A stretch of DNA of 64,000 bases from Candidatus Aminicenantes bacterium (GTDB lineage Bacteria; Acidobacteriota; Aminicenantia; JAMOAD01): assembly GCA_027061995.1 (NCBI GenBank), contig JAMOUT010000100.1:2211-66210 (forward strand), written 5' to 3'. Positions 44,420 to 54,596 of the stretch are shown here, one piece after another; within the stretch, counting starts at the first letter, position 1; every line of letters begins with the position of its first letter. A program made the translations under genes and the position numbers. The notes beneath the pieces are model-generated. The model was not told the origin of the DNA and did no database searches. It worked only from the letters and a program-made list of their open reading frames with translations.

Positions 44420-46233
44420 CTTAAATCCTTAAAATACATCTTTATTATTTTTCCTGCTATCGGTGCCGCAATCTCGCCACCGCCACCACTGTGTTCAATC
44501 ATTACAACCACAACAATCTCGGGGTTCTTTCTCGGAGCAAAAGCACCGAACCATGCATGATTACTCCATCTTTTTTCTTTTTTATTTTTTACCTTTGACT
44601 TTAGTGTTTCTTTACTAATAACTTGGACGGTGCTTGTTTTACCACATATATCAATTCCTTGGACCTGTGCAAGTTTCCCCGTTCCTTTCTCACCGTTTAC
44701 AACCCTCCACATCCCTTTAATGATTTTTTCAAAATTTTGTTTTTTTATAGGAACTTTTTTCATCTTATATTTTGGAAAAATCTTTTTTTTATCATTATTA
44801 TAATATTTTAGAAGGTGCGGGGTGATATAATAACCTCTGTTGGCTATTATTGAAAACATTTGCGCTATTTGCAACGGGGTAACCAAAATAGGTCCCTGCC
44901 CGATTGATACGGATATTGTTTCTCCCGGAAACCATATCAGATTATATATTTTTTTCTTCCATGTTCTTGAAGGAACAAGACCACTCTTCTCTCCAACAAG
45001 ATCAATTCCTGTTTTTTCTCCCAATCCCATCATTGTCGCATAATGTTTTATTACATCTATTTTCAATGATTTTCCGAGCATATAAAAATATACATCGCAA
45101 GATTGTTCTATCGCCGATATTAAATTCATAGGACCATGTCCGCTTGTCTTCCAGCAATGAAAAATCTTTTTGTATATCTCTTTATAGCCATAACAATTGA
45201 CAATGGATCTTTCACTAATCAACCTCTCCTCAAGACCTGCAAGTCCCACGACAAGTTTAAAAATAGAACCGGGAGAATAAAGCCCTTTTATCGTTTTATT
45301 TATTAAAGGCTTACCCTCTTTATTTATAAGAGCCTCCCATTCTTGTTGAGAGAAATAGGATGTGAAAATATTGGGATTAAAAAGAGGGGTTGAAACAAGG
45401 GACAAGATCTCACCGTTTTTCGGATTTAAAACAATCACGGAACCGATTCTCTTTTCATCAATCAAAAGTTTTTCTATTTTTCTCTGAAGAGTGGAATCAA
45501 TTGTTAAATTAAGTGTATATCCCTGTTTCGGGGGAATACTTTTGATGATTTTATTTAAAACACCGCGGCTGTTTACCACCTGTATTCTCTCCCCTTTTTC
45601 ACCTTTAATTAATTTTTCATAATATTTTTCAATCCCGGTTTTTCCTACGAAATCTCCTATGTTCAAATTATATTTTCTTATCTCTTTTTGATTAGCTTCC
45701 CCTACATAACCTATGAAACTTGAACCGGTTTCTCCTAATACATATAATCTTCTCGGTGAAATCCTTAGGGAGATATTGTTAAATTCCTCTTGATTAGAAT
45801 AAAAATAATTTACATCTTTAAAAGAAAGATCTTCGTCGGACAGATAATATGTTCCGAAGTTTCTTAATGAATTGATTGTTTTATTCTTTTTATTGTATAT
45901 ATTTAAAAATTTTTTTAGTTGCTTTATAGTCCTTATTTTTCGTTTTCCCATCAGATTTTCCCTTGGGATTATGAGATCAAAGGATAATCTGTTATCAGCA
46001 ATAATATTTCCTTCTCTGTCTTTTATCAAGCCTCTTAACGGAGTTAGCTTTTCTATCTTTTTTATGTTTCTTGTTGAAAGTCCTGAATAATAATCGTATT
46101 TGACGATTTGAATCTTACCGAAAAAAAGCAACAGAATGGTAAAAGTAAATATTATAAAAAGGAAAAAAATTTTAATATTTCTTTTCCTTTTCAAAAGATA
46201 AAGTCTTTTTCTATATACTGTTTTTTCAAACAT
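44416..46233 (-). CDS. mrdA: Penicillin-binding protein 2 (elongasome transpeptidase)
   Basis: N-terminal TM anchor and PBP dimerisation region. Transpeptidase SxxK (PGSIFKL). Later CGKTST and HAWFGAFAP motifs. Confidence 0.9.
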   Translation of the reverse strand: MFEKTVYRKRLYLLKRKRNIKIFFLFIIFTFTILLLFFGKIQIVKYDYYSGLSTRNIKKIEKLTPLRGLIKDREGNIIADNRLSFDLIIPRENLMGKRKIRTIKQLKKFLNIYNKKNKTINSLRNFGTYYLSDEDLSFKDVNYFYSNQEEFNNISLRISPRRLYVLGETGSSFIGYVGEANQKEIRKYNLNIGDFVGKTGIEKYYEKLIKGEKGERIQVVNSRGVLNKIIKSIPPKQGYTLNLTIDSTLQRKIEKLLIDEKRIGSVIVLNPKNGEILSLVSTPLFNPNIFTSYFSQQEWEALINKEGKPLINKTIKGLYSPGSIFKLVVGLAGLEERLISERSIVNCYGYKEIYKKIFHCWKTSGHGPMNLISAIEQSCDVYFYMLGKSLKIDVIKHYATMMGLGEKTGIDLVGEKSGLVPSRTWKKKIYNLIWFPGETISVSIGQGPILVTPLQIAQMFSIIANRGYYITPHLLKYYNNDKKKIFPKYKMKKVPIKKQNFEKIIKGMWRVVNGEKGTGKLAQVQGIDICGKTSTVQVISKETLKSKVKNKKEKRWSNHAWFGAFAPRKNPEIVVVVMIEHSGGGGEIAAPIAGKIIKMYFKDLR

Positions 46234-46711
46234 TACTCACTCTTTCATAAGGTAAGGCGAAAAAGAGTAAAATGGTTAATACTATTCCCATGATTAAGGG
46301 TTTTAATAATAGAAGGGATGTTATGGATAATATGGTATCAAATTCAAAGAATTTCAAAAGGAATATTTCTGCCAGAGATTTTAAAAACAGAGCGGAAACA
46401 ATTAAAAAAAAACGATCCATATGTTTCTTTAATACAAAATTATCTGTTATTTTTATAATATAAAAACTCATTATTAAATATGATAGCGAAGAAAGTCCGA
46501 GAGGTGTTATAGACAGAGCGTCTATCAATAACCCTATTAAAAAGGCCTCTATCAATAGAAGACTATGATCCTTATGTTGAAAATGCTCGAAAAATATTAT
46601 GAAAGGGAAAAGTTCAAAATAAAAAACAAAACTAAAAGAGGTTTTTTCAAGATAAAATTGGATTATTGCTATAACAAAAGTTAAAATAATAATTTTTATA
46701 AAATGTTTCAT
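46226..46711 (-). CDS. mreD: Rod shape-determining protein MreD
   Basis: 161-aa polytopic membrane protein between mreC and mrdA, overlapping both neighbours. Confidence 0.75.
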   Translation of the reverse strand: MKHFIKIIILTFVIAIIQFYLEKTSFSFVFYFELFPFIIFFEHFQHKDHSLLLIEAFLIGLLIDALSITPLGLSSLSYLIMSFYIIKITDNFVLKKHMDRFFLIVSALFLKSLAEIFLLKFFEFDTILSITSLLLLKPLIMGIVLTILLFFALPYERVSNV

Positions 46712-47487
46712 CTTTTTATAATTCCCACCACTCTTGCATTCTTTTTAAAAAAATTGATATCAACTGTAACCTTAAGGTAATAATAACTTTTCGATATTTT
46801 TTTTACTCTTCCTATAACAATATTTTCAGGAAAAAGATTATCAAGTCCGGATGTTTTAACAATGGAACTCTCACTTATTTTTGATGTCCTTTTAATATAT
46901 TTTACAATTCCCTCTTTTTTTCCGGTTCCGAAAAATATCCCCAACTCTTCATCCTTTCCTATTTTAACTCCTGCACCGAATTTACTACTGGAAACCAACA
47001 TAACTTTTGCGGTATGAGGTGATATAGGCCCTATTACTTTCCCTATTAAATTACCTTTTTCGTCAATAATCGTATCATCCTTTTTAACATCATCAATATA
47101 TCCTTTATTAATGATAAGAGTTTCGTATGGGGCATATATATCCCATGAAATTATTCTCGCTATTTTTTGCCCTTTTTTTATTGGTAATTGTAATCCTTTA
47201 TTAATAATAAAATTTTTTAAATAAAGATTTTCATTTCTCAGTTCTATTATCTCTTTTTTTAAACTTATGTTTTCCAAAAATGTTTTTTTATGGATTTTAG
47301 TGGATTGAAAAAGATGCTCAATCTTAGTTGTTTGATTTTCAAAGAGATTATAAGTCTCAGTATAAAGATGATATATAATATTCTTCAGATTTAAAATATT
47401 TTTATAACCTTGCGAACCAAGAGACAGAATTGTTAATGAAATTATTAATAATATGAAGAAAAATTTGTTTTCTTTATTTCCGAGCAT
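46708..47487 (-). CDS. mreC: Rod shape-determining protein MreC
   Basis: N-terminal TM helix, a coiled coil (ELRNENLYLKN), then a beta-rich domain with D.IIDEKGNLIGKV and SGLDNLFPENIVIGRV. Confidence 0.88.
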   Translation of the reverse strand: MLGNKENKFFFILLIISLTILSLGSQGYKNILNLKNIIYHLYTETYNLFENQTTKIEHLFQSTKIHKKTFLENISLKKEIIELRNENLYLKNFIINKGLQLPIKKGQKIARIISWDIYAPYETLIINKGYIDDVKKDDTIIDEKGNLIGKVIGPISPHTAKVMLVSSSKFGAGVKIGKDEELGIFFGTGKKEGIVKYIKRTSKISESSIVKTSGLDNLFPENIVIGRVKKISKSYYYLKVTVDINFFKKNARVVGIIKR

Positions 47488-47490
47488 TAG

Positions 47491-48519
47491 TTATGGAATG
47501 GTAACCTTTTTTAAGAGATCTATATCTTCTAATATTTTACCCGCTCCTATAACAACCGATGAAAGAGGTTCGTCGGTTGTGAAAATAGGAAGTTGGGTTT
47601 CCTCTCTTAATCTTATGTCAAGTGCTTTGAGCAGAGAACCTCCTCCCGTTAAAACAATCCCTCTATCAACAATATCTGCGGCTAATTCGGGAGGGGTATT
47701 TTCGAGTGTGCTTCTGACGACTTCTATTAAAGCCTCAATAGGATGCTTTAAAGCTTCTCTGATTTCAGCATCATTTATAACGATTGTTTTAGGTATCCCA
47801 TCTTTAAGGTCCCTTCCCTTTATCTCCATTGATAATGTTTCTTCAAGAGGAAAAGCTGTTCCTATCTTTATTTTAATTTGTTCGGCGGTTCTTTCACCGA
47901 TCAAAAGATTATACTTTTTCTTAATATAATGTATTATTGCGACATCCATCTCATTTCCGGCCACTTTGATAGAGCGAGAGTGGACAATTCCCGCAAGAGA
48001 GATAACCGCAACATCAGTTGTCCCTCCCCCTATATCAACAATCATGTTTCCCGCAGGCTCAACGATGGGAAGGTCGGCTCCTATTGAGGCAGCCATTGCT
48101 TGTTCCACAAGATATACTTCCCTTGCCCGAGCTCTAAATGCAGCATCTTTAACAGCTCTTTTTTCCACCTGAGTGATTCCGGAGGGAATCCCGATGACAA
48201 TACGAGGCCTTATGAGATGTTTTCTCTCCTTTGCCTTTTCTATAAAATACTCCAGCATTTTTTCAGTTACATCAAAGTCCGCAATAACACCGTCTTTCAT
48301 AGGGCGAATTGCTACAATATTTGCGGGGGTTTTCCCTAACATATTTTTTGCTTTTAAACCAACAGCTTCGGGTTTCCCTGTTAATTTATTTAAAGCAACA
48401 ATAGAAGGCTCTCTTATAACTATTCCTTTTCCGCGCATATAAACAAGGGTATTTGCCGTTCCAAGGTCAATCGCCAAATCACAAGAAAACTGATCAAAAA
48501 TCCAAGTTCCCAATCCCAT
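47491..48519 (-). CDS. mreB: Actin-like rod shape-determining protein MreB
   Basis: DLAIDLGTANTLVY, MKDGVIADF, IVDIGGGTTDVAVISL and GIVLTGGGSLL. Confidence 0.97.
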   Translation of the reverse strand: MGLGTWIFDQFSCDLAIDLGTANTLVYMRGKGIVIREPSIVALNKLTGKPEAVGLKAKNMLGKTPANIVAIRPMKDGVIADFDVTEKMLEYFIEKAKERKHLIRPRIVIGIPSGITQVEKRAVKDAAFRARAREVYLVEQAMAASIGADLPIVEPAGNMIVDIGGGTTDVAVISLAGIVHSRSIKVAGNEMDVAIIHYIKKKYNLLIGERTAEQIKIKIGTAFPLEETLSMEIKGRDLKDGIPKTIVINDAEIREALKHPIEALIEVVRSTLENTPPELAADIVDRGIVLTGGGSLLKALDIRLREETQLPIFTTDEPLSSVVIGAGKILEDIDLLKKVTIP

Positions 48520-49443
48520 TTATTCTTCCTCCTCATAACATTCTACCCCGTCTTTGCCCCTTTTTTTTACTTTATACATAGCCTTGTCCGCTTTAGAAAT
48601 AAGTTCTTCAACTTCATTAGAATCATCAGGGAAAGTTGAAATTCCCAAACTTGCGGTTATTTTTATATTCAAATTTTCATTTTTCAAAAATTCGAATGAT
48701 TTTATTTTTTTTCTTATTCTCTCCGCTATCACTTTTGTCTCTTTCTTTCTTGCTCCGAAAATAATTATAAGAAATTCATCTCCACCGAATCTACCGACAA
48801 TATCGGAATTCCTCGTATTTTTTCGCAGTAATCTTCCCACTTCCATAAGAAGTTTACCCCCGTAAAGATGACCGTAAGTATCATTTACTTTTTTCAGCCC
48901 GTCAAGATCAAGGAAAATTATGGAAAAGAAAGTATTGTATCTAAGCGCCCTTTCACTCTCTTTTTTCAAATATTCCCTGAGATATCTATTGTTGTAGAGT
49001 CCCGTAAATTCATCATGAAAAGACAATTTTCTAACTCTGTGTAATTTTATGAAATACAAAAACACATTTTTTACAAAAAGTTGCATCCTTTTTTCTTTTT
49101 CTTCGGTTAACCGTTTGTCTGTTCCTATCAGTATCCATCCGCTAATGGAATCTTGTTCCGATTCAAAACAAAAAGTGTATTCGAATCCGTTTTTGGTTTG
49201 CATTACCGAGTCTTTTGCAGGTAATAATAATTTATCCTGATGTTCTATCTCTTGCAGATATTTATCTGCGAACCTATATTCGCTTACTTTTTCCTGAGAT
49301 AAAAGAAATAGTATTATTGATTTTAATGAAAATCGTTCTTTTAAAATAATCATCAACATCTCAATAAGTTTTTTTAAATCATCCTCTATGTTTATGTTTT
49401 GGATAAGTTCATAGAAAGTTTCCAATTCTATTATTTTACTCAT
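48520..49443 (-). CDS. Diguanylate cyclase (GGDEF) with an N-terminal GAF-like sensor region
   Basis: DEFTGLYNNRYL, LDLDGLKKVNDTYGH, RNSD (RxxD I-site) five residues before GGDEF (RFGGDEFLII). The stop directly abuts the mreB ATG. Confidence 0.9.
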   Translation of the reverse strand: MSKIIELETFYELIQNINIEDDLKKLIEMLMIILKERFSLKSIILFLLSQEKVSEYRFADKYLQEIEHQDKLLLPAKDSVMQTKNGFEYTFCFESEQDSISGWILIGTDKRLTEEKEKRMQLFVKNVFLYFIKLHRVRKLSFHDEFTGLYNNRYLREYLKKESERALRYNTFFSIIFLDLDGLKKVNDTYGHLYGGKLLMEVGRLLRKNTRNSDIVGRFGGDEFLIIIFGARKKETKVIAERIRKKIKSFEFLKNENLNIKITASLGISTFPDDSNEVEELISKADKAMYKVKKRGKDGVECYEEEE

Positions 49444-50576
49444 TTCTCATAAATTATTACTTTTCGCATCAATCTTGTTTCAGCTCCCGATAAGTTTTTG
49501 GATATGATTATTATGTCGTGCTCTCCGATTGTTTTAAAACTTATTATATGCATAAAATTACCATTCGGATCAACGGTAACATGTTCCCCGTTTATTGTTA
49601 ATTTAACTCCCAAATCTGTTCTTCCTTTTATTATTAAAAGATTTCCGGTTGGGACAAGAGGTCCATTTAATGTTAGGTTAGGCGGGTTTTTCCATAATTG
49701 TAGAATCTGAATGAGATTCTTTATATAAAATCTGTTTGTCTTAGATAAGACCCCCGTAATCCCGTTTTTGTCTATGCTTGATACTCTCCAATAAACAGGA
49801 GAGTTCTTAAAATTAGTTATATTCAAAATGAAAAAATTTGTTTGTGTTTGATAGATTTTTTCTCCCGCAAAAACACTATTGTAAGCGATATGAATAGAGT
49901 ATCCCCTTGCATTGTTAACTTTATCCCATTTGAATAAAAGGTTTGAGCCATCCTCTATCCCTATGTTTTTTAAATCATCGGGAATCAGATTAACGGGAGC
50001 CGGAAGAAGTTTGATTGCAGTAATCTTTTTGTCTTTACTTATGTTATAATAGTAATCGGGTTGTAACAGTGTTTTTTCCCCCGAGGGCTCCGTTATCATC
50101 TTAACTCTACCATTATAATTCTTAAAAATAAGATATTCCCTGTTTCTATCTTTTATTACTTTTAATGAGGACTCACCGTTTATTAATAGTTTCCTCCTCA
50201 ACCATTTTACAGTGAATTTTTCATTATCGGTTTTTCTTGCAGCAAGCTCGCCGTCTATTAATTCAATGGAACTTGTATCATAGAAAATGATTTTTGCACT
50301 ATTTCTCAAACATAACTCTATCCCGTTTTGTAAAATTGCAAGTCCTCCCCCGTTGTCAATGGTTTCAATAATATCCCCCTTTGTGATTTTACGAGGAAGA
50401 ACACGAACTTTTTGTCCATTAACCAAAACTTCCCCGAAAACAGAGATTAAATAGGGGGAATCAGGATAATTTTTCATATTATTGATTTTTTGTTTGAAAA
50501 ATATTCCTGAAAAAGCAATGAATACGATGGTTAAAAAAAAACTTGTAAGTAAAAAGAGATTAATCCGCTTTTTCAT
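49440..50576 (-). CDS. Membrane-anchored FecR-domain protein with Ig/FN3-like C-terminal modules
   Basis: N-terminal TM helix. FecR-like segment (GDIIETIDNGGGLAILQNGIELCLRNSAKIIF...IELIDGELAA). FN3-like unit (LLFKWDKVNNARGYSIHIA...VYWRVSSIDKNG). Overlaps the GGDEF gene by 4 nt. Confidence 0.6.
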   Translation of the reverse strand: MKKRINLFLLTSFFLTIVFIAFSGIFFKQKINNMKNYPDSPYLISVFGEVLVNGQKVRVLPRKITKGDIIETIDNGGGLAILQNGIELCLRNSAKIIFYDTSSIELIDGELAARKTDNEKFTVKWLRRKLLINGESSLKVIKDRNREYLIFKNYNGRVKMITEPSGEKTLLQPDYYYNISKDKKITAIKLLPAPVNLIPDDLKNIGIEDGSNLLFKWDKVNNARGYSIHIAYNSVFAGEKIYQTQTNFFILNITNFKNSPVYWRVSSIDKNGITGVLSKTNRFYIKNLIQILQLWKNPPNLTLNGPLVPTGNLLIIKGRTDLGVKLTINGEHVTVDPNGNFMHIISFKTIGEHDIIIISKNLSGAETRLMRKVIIYEK

Positions 50577-50710
50577 ACTTTATAATAACAAAAAAACAAA
50601 TAAAAATGAATAGATATAATGTTTTTACGGATATATTAATAGATTTTAAACTTAAAATTACGAACAAATTTCAAAAAATTATACAAAATCGGAAAAATAT
50701 TACACATTGT

Positions 50711-51979
50711 TTAATATTTGAGTTCACATTTTTCCAAAATTATCTCTCCCTCCTTTATTATATATTCTATCGGATTTATTGCAGGCTCATAGAATATATC
50801 TATATACGAAGGGATATTTAAAATCAAAAGATCGGTTTTTTTACCGGGAGAAAGGGAACCCGTCTCTTTATCCAAACCTATGGCATAGGATGCATTTATA
50901 GTAGCCGCCGTTATAGCTTCTTCGATTTTAAAATCTTCCGTAAATACGGATAATCTCATAATAAAAAACATACTGTTTATATGGGAACTCCCCGGATTAT
51001 AATCAGAGCCGAGTGCAACTATTACCCCTTTTTCTATCATCTCTCTTACGGGTGGTTTATCTTTTCCTCTTAAAAAGAAAAGAACTCCGGGTAAAATTAC
51101 AGCTGCCGTGCTACTATTACCCATCTTTTCGATACCATCCTTTGATATTTTCACAAGATGCTCTGCACTTAAAGCGCCGTATTTAACAGCAAGTGCCGCT
51201 CCCCCTTTATCCGTAAATTCATCCGCATGAAGTTTTAATAAAAATCCGGCTTTTTTTGCCGCAATAAGCATTCTTTCAGTTTCTTCCCCGTTATATACAC
51301 CCTCTTCAATAAATGCATCGAAAAATTTTGCGAGTTTTTTATTTGCAATTTCGGGGATATAATTATTTATCAATTCATTCAGGTAAACCTCTTTATCTTT
51401 ATCGGGGGGAATGTCGTGTCCTCCGAGATAAGTTGAAACAATATCAACGGGATGAATCTCATTTAAAATCCTTAAAACTTCAAGTTGTTTAATCTCAGTG
51501 TCAAAATCAAGTCCGTATCCGCTTTTTGCTTCTATTGTTGTTGCCCCCCCTTTAACCATATTATCAAGCCTTTTTTGAGAAATGTTTAAAAGCTCCTTAA
51601 GCTCCACCTCTCTTGTAGCTTTAACAGTGCTTTTTATCCCCATACCTTTCTTTTGAAGTTCCATATAAGGGACTCCATCCAACTTCATCTTAAATTCCTC
51701 TTTTCTTTCACCCCCGAAAGGAAGGTGTGTGTGTGCATCTACAAGACCGGGCATACAAACTTTACCTTCCGCATCCATGATAACCGCCTCTTTTTCAATC
51801 TCAAAATTTCGTTCATTAAACATCTCTTCCGTTCCGATAAAAACAATTCTTCCTCTGTATGAGCCAAGCCACCCGTTTTTTATTATTTTAAGATCGCTCA
51901 TAGAGTTTCCCCTTCGCGGAGAATCTCCGTATAGAGTTATTAATTCATTACAATTTTTAACAAGAAAGTCTATTTTCAT
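50711..51979 (-). CDS. hutI: Imidazolonepropionase
   Basis: Collinear with B. subtilis HutI as I recall it: PGLVDAHTHLPFGGER, TTIEAKSGYGL, VSTYLGGHDIPP, KLHADEF, SAEHL and GSDYNPGSS. Confidence 0.88.
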   Translation of the reverse strand: MKIDFLVKNCNELITLYGDSPRRGNSMSDLKIIKNGWLGSYRGRIVFIGTEEMFNERNFEIEKEAVIMDAEGKVCMPGLVDAHTHLPFGGERKEEFKMKLDGVPYMELQKKGMGIKSTVKATREVELKELLNISQKRLDNMVKGGATTIEAKSGYGLDFDTEIKQLEVLRILNEIHPVDIVSTYLGGHDIPPDKDKEVYLNELINNYIPEIANKKLAKFFDAFIEEGVYNGEETERMLIAAKKAGFLLKLHADEFTDKGGAALAVKYGALSAEHLVKISKDGIEKMGNSSTAAVILPGVLFFLRGKDKPPVREMIEKGVIVALGSDYNPGSSHINSMFFIMRLSVFTEDFKIEEAITAATINASYAIGLDKETGSLSPGKKTDLLILNIPSYIDIFYEPAINPIEYIIKEGEIILEKCELKY

Positions 51980-51987
51980 CTTTCCTC

Positions 51988-53154
51988 CTATACTTTAATG
52001 TCAAGAGAAGAGTTTTCCGTTCCGAACCCTTCTTCAAAAAAATCGGTTAACTCTTTTTTGGAATATCTGAAATCAAAAAACAGATTATCAAAGTATCCCA
52101 ATATCTTTTTTTCAAGTTGCTCTTTATTTGTTTTTAAAATTTCCAATGTTTTCTCACTTTCCGAAACAAAATCAACCCTTAAAATTTTGCCCACTTTTTT
52201 AAGCTCTATTTTTATCTTGCCGAGTTTACTCATATTAAGCAGTAGTGAAACTGTTTTAAGCTTATAAGATTTTGACTTTTTACCCTTTTCATACTCCATT
52301 TTAAGATAATCGGGAGTGATTTTATTCTCCATGAACATGGGAACAATAAAGCTGACTAATGATAAATTCTGATTAACAATTCCATGCTCTTTAACCGATA
52401 TATTATGATTTTTTATATTTTCAGCCGCTTTAAAAAAATCGGTCAGAACTTTTTTTATCTGATCACTTCCTTTGTCGGTTTTTATCGATTCTAATATTCT
52501 GTTTTTGATAGATTCCATATCACTGTTTTGCTCTTTTATAATCTCTTTTAACCTGTTTTGTTGAGATTTAATCAATTCTTCCATTCGGTTAAACAGCTCG
52601 GGTTCAGGCAGATTTTCACTACCATGGGATATAAAGAATTTTAATATTTTACCTATTGCGGATTCTTTTACATCCTTGGTAAACATTGAGATATTTTGCT
52701 CCAATACTTTAACAATATCAGGATTATTAAGTTTTATTAAGAGCTCCTTTATAATACTGTTTTTAATATCTTCAGAGATTTTATTATTATTCAATAATTC
52801 GGTTAATTCTTTAAACACCGATTCAATCTTTGAAACCAATTCCCGATTTTTAATAACTATTTTACCTATCTCCACCTCGGTTTTATCCCCTGTTATATTT
52901 TGCTCAAGCTCGAACTTAATATTTTCTCCCACCTCTTTTACCGTAAGATTCAATTCCTCTCCTTCATTAACGGCAAATTTTATATTAGCTTTCATCCTAA
53001 AACCTTTAAAATCAAGAAGATACTCTTGCCCCTCTTTTCCGATCACCTTGGCTCTGACACTTTCCCCCACCCTTAAAGCTTTCATGTTCATTATAGTCTT
53101 TTCCAACTCGGAAAAACGGACTTTAAGTTCATAAGGGATATCTTTTATAATCAT
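51988..53154 (-). CDS. Hypothetical protein with a FliK-like (Flg_hook) C-terminal domain
   Basis: The C-terminus VSLLLNMSKLGKIKIELKKVGKILRVDFVSESEKTLEILKTNKEQLEKKI fits the hook-length-control C-domain pattern (L.L.P..LG.v.v.l....g.l.v.f........l......L). The N-terminus GESVRAKVIGKEGQEYLLDFKGFRMKA is also seen in FliK-like proteins. Confidence 0.55.
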   Translation of the reverse strand: MIIKDIPYELKVRFSELEKTIMNMKALRVGESVRAKVIGKEGQEYLLDFKGFRMKANIKFAVNEGEELNLTVKEVGENIKFELEQNITGDKTEVEIGKIVIKNRELVSKIESVFKELTELLNNNKISEDIKNSIIKELLIKLNNPDIVKVLEQNISMFTKDVKESAIGKILKFFISHGSENLPEPELFNRMEELIKSQQNRLKEIIKEQNSDMESIKNRILESIKTDKGSDQIKKVLTDFFKAAENIKNHNISVKEHGIVNQNLSLVSFIVPMFMENKITPDYLKMEYEKGKKSKSYKLKTVSLLLNMSKLGKIKIELKKVGKILRVDFVSESEKTLEILKTNKEQLEKKILGYFDNLFFDFRYSKKELTDFFEEGFGTENSSLDIKV

Positions 53155-54596
53155 CCTTTTATCACGAGAAAGGGTTTTAATTTTGCAACTTTTTTTGATA
53201 TACCGGCAAGTTCAATAGCATCAACAACCATGGAAACATCTTTATATGCTTCCGGCATCTCCTCTTTCACCGTTCTTGTTCCCGAAGCTTTAACAGAAAC
53301 TCCCATTTTTTTTAATTCCGATTCTATGGATCTCCCTTTTGCATTCTTTATCGCTTTGTGTCTTGAAAGAACTCTCCCCGCTCCATGACATGAAGAACCA
53401 AAACTTTCCTCCATCGCTTTTTCCGTTCCGACCAATACAAAAGAGTATCTTCCCATATCTCCGGGTATTAGAACAGGTTGACCTGTTTTTTTATATTGAG
53501 AAGGGATATCAGTATGTTCGGGAGGAAATGCTCTTGTAGCCCCTTTTCTATGAACAGCGAGGGTTTTCTCTTTTCCTTCCACAAGGTGTTTCTCTTTTTT
53601 AACAATATTATGCGCATGATCATATAAAAGTTTTAATCCGAGAGTATTGCCCGAAACTTTAAACAGATCAATAAAACTTTTTCTAACCCTGTGCATAATG
53701 ATTTGTCTGTTTACCCATGCGAAATTTGCCGCAGCTGCCATTGCTTCCAAATAATCTTTCCCCTCTTTTGATTGAATTGGAGCACAGGCAAGTTCTTTAT
53801 CCGGTAATTTTATATTATATTTTCGGACAGCTTTTTCCATAACTTCAAGATAATCGGAAGCTATCTGATGTCCGAATCCGCGAGAGCCCGTATGAATCAT
53901 TATGGTTATTTTCCCTTTTTCAAGTCCGAGTATTTCAGCTTTTTTATCATCAAAAATCTCTTCCACAATTTGAACTTCAATAAAATGATTTCCCGAACCA
54001 AGAGTGCCTATTTGCTTTCGCCCTCTCTCTCTTGCCCTGAAACCGACTTTATCGGGGTTTGCACCTTCATATTTTCCGTTTGATTCTGTTTTTTCAATAT
54101 CCTCATCTTCTCCATACCCTTTATTCACAGCCCATTTTGTTCCATTAATCATTAAATCATCAAATTCAGACTCGGAAAGATGAACATCCCCTGTCGAACC
54201 GACTCCCGACGGGATATTATTAAAAAGAGTATTTAAAAGTTTATCTTTTCTGCTTTCAATATCTTTTTTTTCGAGATTAGTGGTTATAAGGCGAACTCCG
54301 CAATTAATATCATAACCTACGCCCCCGGGGGAGATGATTCCCGTTTGCCAATCTGTGGCGATAACTCCCCCTATCGGCAAACCGTATCCATAATGGATAT
54401 CAGGCATTGCCATGGATGCTTTAACTATTCCGGGAAGAGTTGCGGCATTTGCCACCTGTTTTATGGCTCCCTCCTCGAAAGCTTTGTTAAAGATGGTTTT
54501 TGTCATAAAGATGATTCCGGGGACTCTCATATCGGGGAAACTGCCTATCGGTATTTCATATTTATAATCAGATATTTTTTTAAGATATTCGCTCAT
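53151..54596 (-). CDS. rtcB: RNA-splicing ligase RtcB
   Basis: MPDIHYGYGLPIGG, GYDINCG, GSGNHF, HTGSRG and the C-terminal CHGAGR. Start set at the ATG with AAGGA 8 nt upstream; the track's TTG at 54602 is too close to that SD. Confidence 0.95.
   Translation of the reverse strand: MSEYLKKISDYKYEIPIGSFPDMRVPGIIFMTKTIFNKAFEEGAIKQVANAATLPGIVKASMAMPDIHYGYGLPIGGVIATDWQTGIISPGGVGYDINCGVRLITTNLEKKDIESRKDKLLNTLFNNIPSGVGSTGDVHLSESEFDDLMINGTKWAVNKGYGEDEDIEKTESNGKYEGANPDKVGFRARERGRKQIGTLGSGNHFIEVQIVEEIFDDKKAEILGLEKGKITIMIHTGSRGFGHQIASDYLEVMEKAVRKYNIKLPDKELACAPIQSKEGKDYLEAMAAAANFAWVNRQIIMHRVRKSFIDLFKVSGNTLGLKLLYDHAHNIVKKEKHLVEGKEKTLAVHRKGATRAFPPEHTDIPSQYKKTGQPVLIPGDMGRYSFVLVGTEKAMEESFGSSCHGAGRVLSRHKAIKNAKGRSIESELKKMGVSVKASGTRTVKEEMPEAYKDVSMVVDAIELAGISKKVAKLKPFLVIKG

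Noticed and set aside
47453-47929. 158-aa plus-strand ORF opposite mreC/mreB, together with the ORFs at 47878-48442 on the same strand
   Set aside because: These lie entirely antisense to the strongly supported mreB gene. The S/I/P-rich composition is typical of shadow frames, and there is no SD or promoter.
52676-53134. 152-aa plus-strand ORF, plus the ORFs at 51998..52267 and 51729..51998
   Set aside because: These are antisense to the FliK-like and hutI genes, have serine/leucine-rich shadow composition, and show no initiation signals.
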